DNA of 64,000 nt from Thiohalomonadales bacterium (GCA_050295955.1 JBNKQQ010000083.1:10219-74218), one strand, 5' to 3'. Positions 40,462 to 51,386 are shown, numbered from the stretch's first letter. Translations and numbers: made by a program. The notes: generated from the letters alone by a model not told the origin.

Positions 40462-41229
40462 ATGAATTTGAGAATACTGGGTTGTAGCGGAGGGATCGGC
40501 GGAGAGCTGCGTACCACATCTTTGATGTTGGACGATGATATCCTGATTGACGCCGGTACCGGAATCGGTTCGCTCTCTTTGCAGGAGATGGCCAAGCTGC
40601 AGCATGTTTTTCTTACTCACTCTCATTTGGACCATATTGCTAACCTTCCTCTGCTAATTGACAGTATATTCGAAAAAAAAATTGGTCATCCCATTATTGT
40701 GCATGCCCAGCCGGCAACAATTAAGGCGTTGAAAGAGCATATTTTCAACTGGGTGATTTGGCCTGATTTCAGTCGTTTGCCAGAGGAGGATAACCCGGTA
40801 TTGGTATTTAATGAGATGACCCCGGGTGATCTAGTAAGTATTGGGGACCGGGAGTTCGAAATGATTCCCGTTAATCATGCCGTTCCCAGTGTGGGCTATT
40901 ACATTCGTCAGAATGATCGGGCGATGGCTTTTAGTGGTGATACCACGACTAACGATACTTTTTGGGATGGACTCAATCTGAGGGATAAGCTTGACGTGCT
41001 GATTATTGAGGTGGCTTTTCCTAATGCCCAGCTGGAGCTCTCTAAGGCAGCTTTCCACTACTGTCCAAGCCTGTTGGCTGCCGACATTGTCAAATTAGAG
41101 CACACGCCCAAAATCTATATTTCCCACCCCAAACCCGGCCAGGAAGCTGAGATCGCTCAAGAGCTGAAAGCCTGCGGAGTATGTGGCGAATTCACCTGCT
41201 TGCGCGGAGATGAAATTTTTCAGGTATAA
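40462..41229 (+). CDS. Metallo-beta-lactamase-fold hydrolase, class II 3',5'-cyclic-nucleotide phosphodiesterase-like
   Basis: HSHLDH metal-binding motif close to the class II PDE signature. 255 aa, no signal peptide. Confidence 0.5.
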   Translation: MNLRILGCSGGIGGELRTTSLMLDDDILIDAGTGIGSLSLQEMAKLQHVFLTHSHLDHIANLPLLIDSIFEKKIGHPIIVHAQPATIKALKEHIFNWVIWPDFSRLPEEDNPVLVFNEMTPGDLVSIGDREFEMIPVNHAVPSVGYYIRQNDRAMAFSGDTTTNDTFWDGLNLRDKLDVLIIEVAFPNAQLELSKAAFHYCPSLLAADIVKLEHTPKIYISHPKPGQEAEIAQELKACGVCGEFTCLRGDEIFQV

Positions 41230-41272
41230 TCCCCCGCCAATTGATCCGTAAATTGCAAGGTCCGACATTCCC

Positions 41273-42652
41273 ATGTTTGAAAATTTGACCGAACGCCTTG
41301 GACGCACGTTAAAAACGTTACGCGGCCAGGGGCGTCTTACCGAAGAGAATATCAAAGACTCGTTACGTGAAGTACGTATGGCGCTACTGGAGGCCGATGT
41401 GGCTTTGCCTGTGGTGCGAGAGTTCGTCAATCATGTCAAAGAGCGGGCTGTCGGGGAAGAGGTGCATAAGAGCCTGACACCAGGGCAAGCTCTAATCAAG
41501 ATCGTAAATGAAGAGCTTACCGCTCTGATGGGGGAGAAGTGTGAAGAGCTGAATTTGGCTGCTCGTCCCCCTGCTATTGTGCTGATGGCGGGTCTGCAAG
41601 GCTCGGGTAAAACCACTTCCGTAGGTAAACTCTCCCGCTGGTTGAAAGAACAAAAGAAAAAATCCGTATTGGTGGTGAGTGCCGACATCTATCGTCCTGC
41701 AGCGATTGACCAATTGGAAACCCTGGCTAAAGAGGTGGGGGTTGAATTCTTCCCCAGTACAACTGATCAGGATCCGGTGGATATCGCTCAAGGGGCAATT
41801 CAACACGCCAAGATCAAAGCTATTGACGTGGTATTGGTGGATACCGCCGGTCGCTTGCACATCGACGGGGAGATGATGGATGAGATCAAGCGCCTGCATG
41901 GGGCAATTGATCCCGTTGAAACGCTATTTGTTGTGGACTCCATGACGGGTCAGGATGCGGCCAATACTGCCAAGGCATTTAATGAAGCGCTACCCCTGAC
42001 GGGGGTGGTACTTACCAAAACCGATGGTGATGCACGTGGTGGTGCCGCCTTGTCTGTGCGCCAGATTACCGGTAAGCCTATTAAATTCCTGGGTGTTGGG
42101 GAAAAGAGTACCGCGCTAGAGCCCTTCCACCCTGACCGCGTTGCTTCACGCATCCTCGGTATGGGTGATGTACTTTCGCTGATTGAGGAAGCCCAGCAGA
42201 AGGTTGACCATAAAGAGGCTGAGAAGCTTGCCAAGAAGCTGAAAAAGGGCAAGGGCTTTGATCTAGAAGATTTTCGTACCCAACTGCGTCAGATGCAGAA
42301 GATGGGCGGTCTCACCAGTCTGATGGATAAGCTCCCCGGTATATCAGATATCCCCAAGGATGTGAAAAGCCAAGTCAATGACAAGGAGCTGGTGCGTTTG
42401 GAAGCGATTATCAATTCGATGACCCCAGGTGAACGGGCTAATCCCGATATCATCAAAGGCTCTCGTAAGAAGCGGATTGCCGCAGGCTGTGGAATGCAGA
42501 TCCAAGATGTAAATCGTCTTTTAAAGCAGTTTTCGCAGATGCAGAAGATGATGAAAAAACTCACAGGAAAAGGCGGTATGGCCAGAATGCTTCGTGGCAT
42601 GGGAGGGCGTATGCCGCCCGGTGGAATGCCCCCGGGAGGATTTCCTTTTTAA
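41273..42652 (+). CDS. ffh: Signal recognition particle protein Ffh
   Basis: SRP54 N, G (GLQGSGKTT) and M domains. Met-rich C-terminus. Confidence 0.95.
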   Translation: MFENLTERLGRTLKTLRGQGRLTEENIKDSLREVRMALLEADVALPVVREFVNHVKERAVGEEVHKSLTPGQALIKIVNEELTALMGEKCEELNLAARPPAIVLMAGLQGSGKTTSVGKLSRWLKEQKKKSVLVVSADIYRPAAIDQLETLAKEVGVEFFPSTTDQDPVDIAQGAIQHAKIKAIDVVLVDTAGRLHIDGEMMDEIKRLHGAIDPVETLFVVDSMTGQDAANTAKAFNEALPLTGVVLTKTDGDARGGAALSVRQITGKPIKFLGVGEKSTALEPFHPDRVASRILGMGDVLSLIEEAQQKVDHKEAEKLAKKLKKGKGFDLEDFRTQLRQMQKMGGLTSLMDKLPGISDIPKDVKSQVNDKELVRLEAIINSMTPGERANPDIIKGSRKKRIAAGCGMQIQDVNRLLKQFSQMQKMMKKLTGKGGMARMLRGMGGRMPPGGMPPGGFPF

Positions 42653-42795
42653 TTGAAGAAGGCTTGGGAAATACAGTTTTTTCACATTTAGGCTTTCCCT
42701 TTCAAATATTGTTGGGTATAATTCGCGCCCAAATTGATCACGACTCGGCCAGTATCGAGTCGTTTACTTTTGTACAGATAGAGGATTTAGAGTTC

Positions 42796-43041
42796 ATGGT
42801 AACTATTCGTTTGGCTCGTGGCGGTTCTAAAAAGCGTCCATTCTACAACGTTGTTGTAAAAGATAGCCGCGCTAGGCGTGACGGTCGTTTCATCGAGCGC
42901 GTAGGTTTCTTTAACCCAAGTGCACAAGGTAACGAAGAGCGTCTGCGTCTTGACAACGAGCGCATCGATTACTGGCTGGGCCAGGGCGCACAGACTTCAG
43001 ATCGCGTTGCCAACTTGATTAAGACTGCTGCAAACGCCTAA
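42796..43041 (+). CDS. rpsP: 30S ribosomal protein S16
   Basis: [17 protein letters not shown]. The track ORF extends upstream. The true start is the internal M. Confidence 0.95.
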   Translation: MVTIRLARGGSKKRPFYNVVVKDSRARRDGRFIERVGFFNPSAQGNEERLRLDNERIDYWLGQGAQTSDRVANLIKTAANA

Positions 43042-43084
43042 TTTGGCGTTGCCCGCTATCAGTCATTCAGAAAGGCACTGATTT

Positions 43085-43600
43085 ATGCAGGGCGAGCAGG
43101 AATTAATCCATGTGGGCCGGATCTCCGGCCTTTATGGTGTTAAGGGGTGGGTTAAAATCTATTCCTACACCGATCCGCGGGATGGCATACTCAAATATAA
43201 CCCTTGGTTGGTTAAAATTGGTGGCCAGTGGCGTCAGCTCCATTTAAAAGGGGGGCGGGCCCAAGGTAAAGGCGTTGTCGCTTACCTTGAGGGTTATGAT
43301 GATCGTGATTTATCTGCAACACTGATGAATTGCGATGTTGCCATTTCCCGCGAGCAGTTACCTAAGGCGCGAAAAGGCGAGTACTACTGGATCGACTTGG
43401 TTGGTCTAAATGTAGTGAATCCCGAAGGGGATAGCTTGGGGACAGTGCAGAAGATGATGTCTACCGGTGCCAATGATGTATTGGTGGTGGACGGTGTGAA
43501 CGGTGAAGAGTTGTTGATTCCTTTCGTTAAGGATATCTATGTTTTGAATGTAGATATTGAAGGACAAACAATCACCGTTGATTGGCAGCTTGATTACTGA
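43085..43600 (+). CDS. rimM: Ribosome maturation factor RimM
   Basis: Conserved position and RimM N-terminal GxxxGxxGxxG-like motif ([12 protein letters not shown]). Confidence 0.9.
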   Translation: MQGEQELIHVGRISGLYGVKGWVKIYSYTDPRDGILKYNPWLVKIGGQWRQLHLKGGRAQGKGVVAYLEGYDDRDLSATLMNCDVAISREQLPKARKGEYYWIDLVGLNVVNPEGDSLGTVQKMMSTGANDVLVVDGVNGEELLIPFVKDIYVLNVDIEGQTITVDWQLDY

Positions 43601-44343
43601 TGCGTATTGAGCTGATAACGCTCTTTCCAGAGATGTTTGATGCCATAATAGATCATGGCGTGAGTGGAAGAGCGGTTGATCGGGGTATACTGCAATTGGG
43701 TTTTGAAAACCCGCGGGATTATACTCAGGATCGCCATCGCACCGTGGATGACCGCCCTTATGGCGGTGGGCCAGGTATGGTGATGATGGTAGAGCCATTA
43801 AAGGCGGCTATCCAGGCAGCTAAAGGCAAACTGGAGGGTGACGCTAAAGTGCTTTACATGTCCCCCCAAGGGCGGGTGCTGGATCAGCAGGGTGTGGTGG
43901 AACTCTCGCAATGCGAGAATTTGATCATTCTCTCTGGGCGCTATGAGGGCGTGGACGAACGATTGATCCAGTCGCAAGTGGATGAGGAGTGGTCGATAGG
44001 TGACTACGTACTGAGTGGCGGCGAATTGGCTGCCATGGTGATGATTGATAGTGTCGCTCGGCTGCTGCCTGGTGTGCTGGGTCATCAAGAATCAGCGGTT
44101 CAGGACTCCTTTTATCAAGGTTTGCTGGACCATCCCCACTATACGCGGCCTGAGCAGATGGTCGAGGGGGATGTGCCTAAGGTGCTGCTTAGCGGCGATC
44201 ACAAGGCGATAGAGCGCTGGCGGCACAAGCAGGCGCTGGGAAGAACCTGGCTTAGACGCCCGGATTTGTTGCAAAATCGCCCGCTGAGTGATGAGCAGCA
44301 GAAGCTTTTGCAAGAATTTTTGCAAGAAAATGAGCAGAATTGA
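43600..44343 (+). CDS. trmD: tRNA (guanine37-N1)-methyltransferase
   Basis: SPOUT knot motifs ([17 protein letters not shown]). Operon position. Confidence 0.95.
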   Translation: MRIELITLFPEMFDAIIDHGVSGRAVDRGILQLGFENPRDYTQDRHRTVDDRPYGGGPGMVMMVEPLKAAIQAAKGKLEGDAKVLYMSPQGRVLDQQGVVELSQCENLIILSGRYEGVDERLIQSQVDEEWSIGDYVLSGGELAAMVMIDSVARLLPGVLGHQESAVQDSFYQGLLDHPHYTRPEQMVEGDVPKVLLSGDHKAIERWRHKQALGRTWLRRPDLLQNRPLSDEQQKLLQEFLQENEQN

Positions 44344-44387
44344 GATTTTTAGCGTATAATACGCGCACAATTTTTGGGAGCAGGTAA

Positions 44388-44744
44388 ATGAGCAACATTA
44401 TCGATCAATTGAATGCGGAGCAAATGACCCGCGAGGTACCAGAATTCGGTCCAGGTGATACCGTTGTGGTACAGGTTAAAGTAACAGAAGGTAACCGTGA
44501 GCGTCTGCAGGCATACGAAGGTGTATGTATCGCTAAGCGTAACCGCGGCCTGAACTCCTCTTTCACCGTTCGTAAAATCTCTCACGGTGAAGGTGTTGAG
44601 CGTGTATTCCAAACCTACAGCCCAACTGTAGCGGAAGTCCAGGTTAAGCGTCGTGGTGACGTTCGTCGTGCTAAGCTGTACTACCTGCGTGGTCTGGAAG
44701 GTAAAGCTGCACGTATTAAAGAGAAGCTGGTTAGCAAGAAGTAA
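44388..44744 (+). CDS. rplS: 50S ribosomal protein L19
   Basis: [14 protein letters not shown]-terminus and operon position. Confidence 0.95.
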   Translation: MSNIIDQLNAEQMTREVPEFGPGDTVVVQVKVTEGNRERLQAYEGVCIAKRNRGLNSSFTVRKISHGEGVERVFQTYSPTVAEVQVKRRGDVRRAKLYYLRGLEGKAARIKEKLVSKK

Positions 44745-44786
44745 ACCTTCTCTTTCCTGGGGTGTAATGCCTCAGCAAGCTCTCAG

Positions 44787-44823
44787 AAACAGGCGTTATG
44801 GCGACATAACGCCTGTTTTTTTA
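44787..44823 (+). terminator. Rho-independent terminator of the rpsP-rimM-trmD-rplS operon
   Basis: aaacaggcgttatg-gcgac-ataacgcctgttt followed by a T-run. Confidence 0.8.
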
Positions 44824-44848
44824 TGTCCGCAGGCGCCATAATCAACTA

Positions 44849-45331
44849 ATGAATAGCACCAACCCACTGATTTTTGACTGTCGGCCCTATGGCCTCGATC
44901 CTTCTTTATCCGTTGATATTGAGGAGGGGGAGATTCATGGTGTCGATTTTCAGCAGCCTGCTGAACAAGAGGCATATGATCCAGATGATGGATTGCAGCA
45001 GGATATTATGCAGCAGCTCCGACAATATATGATTGGTCAGCGTCGGGATTTTGATTTGCCCTTGAAACCCTCTGGAACGCCCTTCCAATTGAAGGTCTGG
45101 CACCAGATGCAGGATATTCCTTGTGGTGAGGTGTTGAGTTACGGGACTGTGGCAGCACGCCTAAAGAGTAGCGCTAGGGCCGTAGGCGGCGCTTGTCGAG
45201 CTAATCCCATACCACTCTTTATCCCTTGTCACCGAATTGTTGCAGCCAATGGTATCGGTGGCTTTGCTGGTGATCGCCAAGGAGGGCGAGTTGAAATTAA
45301 GCAGTGGTTATTGAATCATGAGCAAGGTTGA
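44849..45331 (+). CDS. ogt: Methylated-DNA--protein-cysteine methyltransferase
   Basis: Active-site PCHRIV motif. 160 aa. Overlaps the xerD start. Confidence 0.75.
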   Translation: MNSTNPLIFDCRPYGLDPSLSVDIEEGEIHGVDFQQPAEQEAYDPDDGLQQDIMQQLRQYMIGQRRDFDLPLKPSGTPFQLKVWHQMQDIPCGEVLSYGTVAARLKSSARAVGGACRANPIPLFIPCHRIVAANGIGGFAGDRQGGRVEIKQWLLNHEQG

Positions 45332-46235
45332 TCATCTTCCTCTCCAACAACAGTCGCTTATCGAGCAGTTTATTGATGCACTATGGATGGAGCGGGGATT
45401 AAGTGAGAATACCCTTAACGCGTATCGGACAGATTTGGCCAATTTAGCTCAATGGCTGGAGCAGCATGATTCTGTTGGGTTGCTGGAGGTGCGCCGTGAT
45501 CAACTGCTGGCTTTTTTAGCCCATCGTGTTCAGTTGGGGAATAGTCCCCGCTCCAGTGCGAGGTTGCTCTCCTCGATTCGTCGCTTCTATCAATATCAGG
45601 TTCGAGAGAAACGGCTGGTGGAAGATCCCAGTGCACGTATCGAGGCGCCAAAGATCGGTCGCTCTTTACCCAAGGCACTGACTGAAATAGAGGTAGAAGC
45701 ACTACTGGATGCACCCAATATTGAAGAGTCTAATGAGCTGCGGGATCGCGCCATGCTGGAGCTGATGTATGCGTCCGGTTTGCGGGTCTCGGAGTTAGTA
45801 GGTTTGCAGCAATCCCAGGTAAATCTTCGCCAGGGGGTGGCCCGTATTTTGGGCAAAGGCGCCAAGGAGCGCATCGTTCCTCTGGGGGAGGAGGCGGTCG
45901 AATGGTTGCAAACCTATCTCAAGGTGGCAAGACCCGAGCTGGCAAAGGGAAATGCTAGCGAAGTATTGTTTATCTCCTCCCGGGGGACTCAGATTACCCG
46001 CCAAGCGTTTTGGTATGCGATTAAGCGCTATGCGCTACGTGTAGGAATTCAAAAGCATCTGTCACCTCATACATTACGCCACTCTTTTGCCACTCATCTT
46101 TTAAACCATGGTGCAGATTTGCGTGTGGTGCAGATGTTATTGGGGCATAGTGATCTCTCTACCACGCAGATTTATACCCATATCGCAAAGGCTCGCCTAC
46201 AGTCACTTCATGCCCAGCACCATCCGCGAGGATAA
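45318..46235 (+). CDS. xerD: Site-specific tyrosine recombinase XerD
   Basis: R-K-H-R-H-Y catalytic residues. C-terminal LLGHSDLSTTQIYTH. Followed by dsbC as in E. coli. Confidence 0.9.
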   Translation: MSKVDHLPLQQQSLIEQFIDALWMERGLSENTLNAYRTDLANLAQWLEQHDSVGLLEVRRDQLLAFLAHRVQLGNSPRSSARLLSSIRRFYQYQVREKRLVEDPSARIEAPKIGRSLPKALTEIEVEALLDAPNIEESNELRDRAMLELMYASGLRVSELVGLQQSQVNLRQGVARILGKGAKERIVPLGEEAVEWLQTYLKVARPELAKGNASEVLFISSRGTQITRQAFWYAIKRYALRVGIQKHLSPHTLRHSFATHLLNHGADLRVVQMLLGHSDLSTTQIYTHIAKARLQSLHAQHHPRG

Positions 46236-46329
46236 GCGGTTAGAAACTGAATCTAAACTATGGCATAGTTAGCGTGTCAAAGGGCGAGGCCACTGATGGC
46301 CATCCATTTATAACCTAGTGAGTAAGAGA

Positions 46330-47046
46330 ATGAAAAAATTATTTGTGGCTCTACTGGCCATGTTTATCTCTGCAGCGGCAGTCGCGGAGGATACAGAGAA
46401 GAATATTCGTGATGCTTTGGCTAAATTGGCTCCAGATTTGAAAGTTGATTCCATTAAGGAGTCTCCGATTTCCGGTGTTTATGAGGTCGTATTTGGTGCT
46501 GAAGTGATCTATCTCTCCGCCGATGGCAAATACCTGATCCAGGGTAGTGTGGTGGACACAGAAAGTCGTGAAAATCTTACTGAAGCCGCACGTAGTGCTG
46601 GCCGCACGAAAATCATGGAGGGCCTGAAAGAGGAGGATATGGTGGTATTTGCTCCGAAAGAGACGAAATATACTGTGACGGTGTTCACAGATATTGATTG
46701 TGGTTACTGCCGTAAACTGCATGGTGAAATTGATAAATATAACGAGCTGGGCATTAAGATTCGTTACGCAGCCTATCCTCGTGCGGGAATTGGCTCTGAC
46801 TCTTTTAAGAAAGCGGAAACTGTTTGGTGTGCTCAGAACCAGCAGGAGGCGATGACTACGGCTAAGGCTGGTGAGTCTCTGGCCGATATAAAGACCAAAG
46901 AGGGGTGCAATAGCCCAGTTCGTGACCAATATATGACAGCTAGGGCATTAGGCTTAAGTGGCACCCCTGCGCTGTTTTTGGAGAGCGGTGAACTGATACC
47001 AGGCTACGTACCTGCTGACCGACTGATCCAGAATCTCGAAAAATAA
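46330..47046 (+). CDS. dsbC: Thiol:disulfide interchange protein DsbC
   Basis: Signal peptide, dimerisation domain and CGYC active site. ATG at 46330 preferred over the track GTG at 46318. Confidence 0.85.
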   Translation: MKKLFVALLAMFISAAAVAEDTEKNIRDALAKLAPDLKVDSIKESPISGVYEVVFGAEVIYLSADGKYLIQGSVVDTESRENLTEAARSAGRTKIMEGLKEEDMVVFAPKETKYTVTVFTDIDCGYCRKLHGEIDKYNELGIKIRYAAYPRAGIGSDSFKKAETVWCAQNQQEAMTTAKAGESLADIKTKEGCNSPVRDQYMTARALGLSGTPALFLESGELIPGYVPADRLIQNLEK

Positions 47047-47064
47047 CTCTCTTTTCAGATGACT

Positions 47065-47099
47065 GAAAACAGCGGTGCAGGTCACCGCTGTTTTCGTTT
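47065..47099 (+). terminator. Rho-independent terminator after dsbC
   Basis: gaaaacagcggtg-caggt-caccgctgttttc plus T-run. Confidence 0.8.
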
Positions 47100-47125
47100 A
47101 TGCAATAAGAAAAATGGATAGGGAA

Positions 47126-48166
47126 ATGGGACAATACAAGATTGTTGTAGATGGCACTGTCCTTGATGGGTTTGATGAGGCTCACGTAAAAGAGGAGGTT
47201 GCTCGGCTGTTTAAGCTTACGGATCGACCGGATAAGCTTGAAAAACTGTTTAGTGGAAAATCGGTTGTAGCCAAGCGGGGACAGGATCATGATAGTGCTG
47301 AGCGCTATGTCAACACGCTGCGAAAAGCGGGTTTGGCCTGCCATATGGAGCTGGAAGAGCCCATCGTTGTTTCAGCTCAATCCAGTAATGCTGTGATCTC
47401 ACCAGACTCTCAGGATTCATCTCTATTCGATTCCCAGCAACATAGCGCGTCTAGTAGTGGATGCGAGCTTCATCGCCTGGGAATTGCTGAAGGATGGCAC
47501 TGGGTTCCCCAAGGGTTTGCCTATTTTAAGCAGCAGCCTTGGCATTGGATCGGTGCCGTTGTAGTGATGATGTTGATTTACATGGTGCTGGGAATGGTAC
47601 CTATTATGCAACTCTTGAGTGTGATTGTTACCTGTTTGATGACAGGTGGATTGATGATCGCCTGTTATAAGCAGATGCAGGGAGAGCACTTTAGTGTTGC
47701 CGTGTTATTCGATGGTTTTCGCTACAAATTAAAACCCCTGGCCCTGTTGGGATTGCTCAATCTTCTTGTCAGCATCGTGGGGATTATCTTAACCGTGATG
47801 GTGTTCTTATCTATGTTAGGCTCTTTGGATGGCCTCCAGCAGATGGCGGAGGCGGGTACCGCTCCAGACCCCATTATGGGATTGATCCTGCTATTGATCA
47901 TCATGTTGATCTGGACACCCATCATCATGATGACATGGTTTGCTCCGGCTTTGGTAACACTAAATAGCCAAGGTCCATGGAGTGCAATGAAGCTTAGCTT
48001 TAAGGGGAGCCTTAAAAATATTCTTCCCCTCAGCCTGTTTGGTTTGGTGATGACGCTGCTAGCGATTGTCGCCTCAATTCCCTTATTCTTGGGCTGGTTA
48101 GTACTGCTTCCAATGCTTTATACCACGATGTTTGCAGCGTATCGCCAGATCTATTGTGAGGCGTAA
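47126..48166 (+). CDS. Membrane protein of unknown function (soluble N-domain plus polytopic C-terminal domain)
   Basis: The track ORF starts inside the dsbC terminator. ATG at 47126 (or 47114) more plausible. 5-6 TM helices. Confidence 0.5.
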   Translation: MGQYKIVVDGTVLDGFDEAHVKEEVARLFKLTDRPDKLEKLFSGKSVVAKRGQDHDSAERYVNTLRKAGLACHMELEEPIVVSAQSSNAVISPDSQDSSLFDSQQHSASSSGCELHRLGIAEGWHWVPQGFAYFKQQPWHWIGAVVVMMLIYMVLGMVPIMQLLSVIVTCLMTGGLMIACYKQMQGEHFSVAVLFDGFRYKLKPLALLGLLNLLVSIVGIILTVMVFLSMLGSLDGLQQMAEAGTAPDPIMGLILLLIIMLIWTPIIMMTWFAPALVTLNSQGPWSAMKLSFKGSLKNILPLSLFGLVMTLLAIVASIPLFLGWLVLLPMLYTTMFAAYRQIYCEA

Positions 48167-48169
48167 GCC

Positions 48170-49027
48170 TCACATCAGGTATTTGGCCATCTGCATTCGG
48201 TATTTGTGAACCAGCTCGCCACTGTTGCCGAGGATTTCAAAAATTTTCAGCATACGTTTTCGGGCTGCTCCTTCGCGGAATTTGGGGTCTTGTTTGATAA
48301 TCTCCAGTAGGCTCTCCATGGCCTGCTCAATCTCACCTTTTAACACTTGATAAGCGGCTAGCTGAAATCGTTCCTCCTGACTCTCTGGTTGCTTGGATTT
48401 CAGCTGTTCCAGCTGCTCTTTGGATAGCCCTTCAATCTGTTCGACAAAGCTAAGGCGAGCCAAGAGTGGTGCAATCTTGGCATCCGTTTGTAGATTGATG
48501 GGAAGGTGTTCCAGATGTTGGGCTGCCAATTGGAAGTCCCCGTTATCAATCAAAAGGCCACAGGCTTGTGCAATGATGCGTACCGATTCAGGCATTTCCT
48601 TAATGGCCTGTTCCACCAATGCTGTTGCTTTTGAATTCTCGGCACTTTGATAGGCGCTACGGGCTTGGGAGAGAAGATCATCTGCTACACCAGGGAGATA
48701 GTTGTCGATGAAAAGGCGGATTTCCGATTCAGGTAGTGCGCCGCTGAAACTATCCACCATCTCACCATCTTTGAATAGCATCACATGGGGAATACTGCGG
48801 ATGGCAAACTGTTCAGCAAGGCTACGCTGCTGCTCGGTATCAACCTTGGCCAGCAGGAACTTGCCCTGATATGCCTGCGCCAGTTGAGTCAGAATGGGAA
48901 GGAGTATTTTGCAGGGATTGCACCAGGTAGCCCAAAAGTCCACTAACACCGGTTGTTGATGGGAGGCCTCAATGACCTGTTGCTGAAAATTTTCACTGGT
49001 TGCTTCGAAGATAATCTCACGACTCAT
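48170..49027 (-). CDS. cnoX: Thioredoxin-domain/TPR chaperedoxin YbbN/CnoX-like
   Basis: N-terminal thioredoxin fold with WCNPC. C-terminal TPR-like helical domain. 285 aa like E. coli YbbN. Confidence 0.7.
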   Translation of the reverse strand: MSREIIFEATSENFQQQVIEASHQQPVLVDFWATWCNPCKILLPILTQLAQAYQGKFLLAKVDTEQQRSLAEQFAIRSIPHVMLFKDGEMVDSFSGALPESEIRLFIDNYLPGVADDLLSQARSAYQSAENSKATALVEQAIKEMPESVRIIAQACGLLIDNGDFQLAAQHLEHLPINLQTDAKIAPLLARLSFVEQIEGLSKEQLEQLKSKQPESQEERFQLAAYQVLKGEIEQAMESLLEIIKQDPKFREGAARKRMLKIFEILGNSGELVHKYRMQMAKYLM

Positions 49028-49200
49028 GGCTTTGCCTTATTGATTCTATTTTCAACATCTTAGCATCCATAGGCGGTGTGTCGAGGTGCAAAACGGCTAA
49101 AACCTACTATTATTATAGGAATAATACACACAATAAGTGTGGGCTAAGTGGTGGCTGAGAGGGTGGCTTGGTGAATCAAATCTAGCGAGGTAGTAGTGCG

Positions 49201-50253
49201 ATGGATGATCAAAGCAATCCAATGGGAACTGATGGTTTCGAGTTCATCGAATATACCGCTGCTGATACCCGGGCATTGGAAGCGCTATTTCAGCAGATGG
49301 GCTTTTCTGCCGTGGCGCGGCATCGCTCCAAAGATGTGGTGCTCTACCGCCAGGGTGATATCAACTTTGTGATTAATCATGAGCCAAACAGCTTTGCTCA
49401 GAGTTTTGCTGATGTGCATGGTCCCTCCTGCTGCGCCTTTGCGATTCGTGTGAAGGATGCCGCCAAGGCCTATCAGCGTGCACTGAAGCTGGGGGCTGAG
49501 CCTTTCAATGGCAAAGTCGGGCCTATGGAACTGAATATCCCCGCTATCCGAGGTATTGGCCGAAGCCTGCTCTATCTGGTGGATCGCTACGAGCATGGCT
49601 CTATCTATGATGTGGATTTTGTTCCTATTGAGGGGGCTGATCTGAATCCTAAAGGGGTGGGGCTGATGCAGATTGATCATCTGACCCATAATGTGCACAA
49701 GGGGCGAATGGATCAGTGGGCCCACTTCTATGAAACCCTGTTTAATTTTAAAGAGATTCGCTATTTCGATATCCATGGTAAGGCGACTGGCCTGAAATCC
49801 CGGGCAATGACCAGCCCTTGTGGGAAGATTCGTATTCCCATTAATGAACCATCAGATGCCAAGTCGCAGATTCAAGAATACCTGGATGCCTATCACGGTG
49901 AGGGAATACAGCATATCGCCCTGACGACTAATGACATTTATGAGAGCATCGAGATGTTGAGGTCAAATGGGGTGGAGCTGATGGATGTGCCGGACACCTA
50001 TTATGAGATGGTGGATAAGCGCCTGCCAGGCCATGGGGAGGATCTGGGGCGTTTGAGTAAGAATCGTATTCTGATTGATGGTGATCCTGCCAATCAAAAG
50101 GGGTTGCTGCTACAGATCTTTACCCAAACGGTGATCGGTCCCATCTTCTTTGAGATTATCCAGCGTAAGGGTAACGAAGGGTTTGGTGAGGGTAACTTCC
50201 GTGCACTGTTTGAATCCATCGAATTGGATCAAATGCGCAGAGGAGTGCTGTAA
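49201..50253 (+). CDS. hppD: 4-hydroxyphenylpyruvate dioxygenase
   Basis: Colinear with Pseudomonas HPPD (NPMG..GFEFIE, HRSK.V.LYRQG.IN, GEGIQH, FFEFIQRKG..GFGEGNF.ALFESIE.DQ.RRGVL). Confidence 0.9.
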   Translation: MDDQSNPMGTDGFEFIEYTAADTRALEALFQQMGFSAVARHRSKDVVLYRQGDINFVINHEPNSFAQSFADVHGPSCCAFAIRVKDAAKAYQRALKLGAEPFNGKVGPMELNIPAIRGIGRSLLYLVDRYEHGSIYDVDFVPIEGADLNPKGVGLMQIDHLTHNVHKGRMDQWAHFYETLFNFKEIRYFDIHGKATGLKSRAMTSPCGKIRIPINEPSDAKSQIQEYLDAYHGEGIQHIALTTNDIYESIEMLRSNGVELMDVPDTYYEMVDKRLPGHGEDLGRLSKNRILIDGDPANQKGLLLQIFTQTVIGPIFFEIIQRKGNEGFGEGNFRALFESIELDQMRRGVL

Positions 50254-51386
50254 TGGCCAAGAACTGGATCAATTTTCCGCGCAGTGAAGGGGAGAGCAGC
50301 GGACAGGCCCATGCAGATCTTCCGGCTGGCAGTTACGAGCGGGAACTGGGACGTGAAGGTTTTTTTGGTCCCGCAACCCAGATGTATCATCGTCATCCCC
50401 CCACTGGCTGGAGCCATTTTAACGGCCCTGTTCGCCCTCGTGCCATCGATACCTGCAAACTTACCCGTACAGTTAACTCGCCCTGGCAGGCAACCCCATT
50501 ATTGGGCAATGCCCATGTGAAGATTCGTCTGTGGCGCAATAGCGGTAATATGGACCACTTGATACGAAACAGCGATGGGGATGAGTTGCTGTTTATCCAC
50601 CAGGGGAAGGGGGAGCTGTTTTGCGACTATGGCCACCTAAGCTTCACCGAAGGGGACTACATTCTGCTGCCACGAGGCACTATGTGGCGAATCGAGAGTC
50701 AGGATGAGCTGAGTGTATTGATGATTGAGGCCACTAACGAGGCCTATTATCTACCAGAGAAGGGGATTGTTGGACAGCACGCGATTTTTGATCCGGCAAT
50801 GCTGGACACACCAAAGATCGATGGGGCATTTCTACAGCAGCAGGATGAAAACCCCTGGCAGGTGGTGGTCAAACGGGCCAATCAACTGACAACCATTGAG
50901 TATCCCTACAATCCGCTAGATGCCATTGGCTGGCATGGCGATCTAACCACGGTGAGAATTAACTGGCGGGATATCCGGCCATTGATGAGCCACCGTTATC
51001 ATCTGCCTCCATCCGCCCACTCCACCTTTGTGGCACCACGCTTCGTGGTCTGTACCTTTTGTCCCCGGCCCATGGAGAGTGATCCTGGCGCTTTGAAGGT
51101 ACCGTTTTTCCATAGTAATGACGATTTTGACGAGGTGATCTTTTATCACATGGGAGAGTTCTTCTCCCGGGACAATATCCACCCCGGCATGATTACCTTC
51201 CATCCCTGCGGATTCCCCCATGGTCCTCATCCCAAGGCGTTGGCCGCCGGAATTCAGGCAAAGCGTCAGGATACCAATGAGGTGGCGGTGATGATTGATA
51301 CGCGGGATGGTTTGGAGTTGGCACTGCTTCCAGATGGGGTGGAATGGCAAGGCTATGTTGATTCCTGGAAAGGGGAGAGTAAATGA
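50253..51386 (+). CDS. hmgA: Homogentisate 1,2-dioxygenase (short form)
   Basis: Lies between hppD and fahA. Cupin architecture with WHG and FHSND/FHPCGFPHGPHP segments resembling HmgA. 377 aa, shorter than ~430-aa forms. Confidence 0.6.
   Translation: MAKNWINFPRSEGESSGQAHADLPAGSYERELGREGFFGPATQMYHRHPPTGWSHFNGPVRPRAIDTCKLTRTVNSPWQATPLLGNAHVKIRLWRNSGNMDHLIRNSDGDELLFIHQGKGELFCDYGHLSFTEGDYILLPRGTMWRIESQDELSVLMIEATNEAYYLPEKGIVGQHAIFDPAMLDTPKIDGAFLQQQDENPWQVVVKRANQLTTIEYPYNPLDAIGWHGDLTTVRINWRDIRPLMSHRYHLPPSAHSTFVAPRFVVCTFCPRPMESDPGALKVPFFHSNDDFDEVIFYHMGEFFSRDNIHPGMITFHPCGFPHGPHPKALAAGIQAKRQDTNEVAVMIDTRDGLELALLPDGVEWQGYVDSWKGESK

Noticed and set aside
40462-41229. Possible functional link between the cyclic-nucleotide-phosphodiesterase-like MBL hydrolase and the CBASS-like island (e.g. 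anti-signalling nuclease)
   Set aside because: It lies ~17 kb away in a conserved ypjD-ffh housekeeping context with normal composition. No evidence of linkage to the island.
46351-47344. Minus-strand ORFs of 192 and 134 aa
   Set aside because: Antisense to dsbC and to the 47126-48166 membrane-protein gene. The 134-aa ORF spans the dsbC terminator.
49285-49776. 163-aa minus-strand ORF
   Set aside because: Antisense to hppD, which aligns end-to-end with characterised HPPD.
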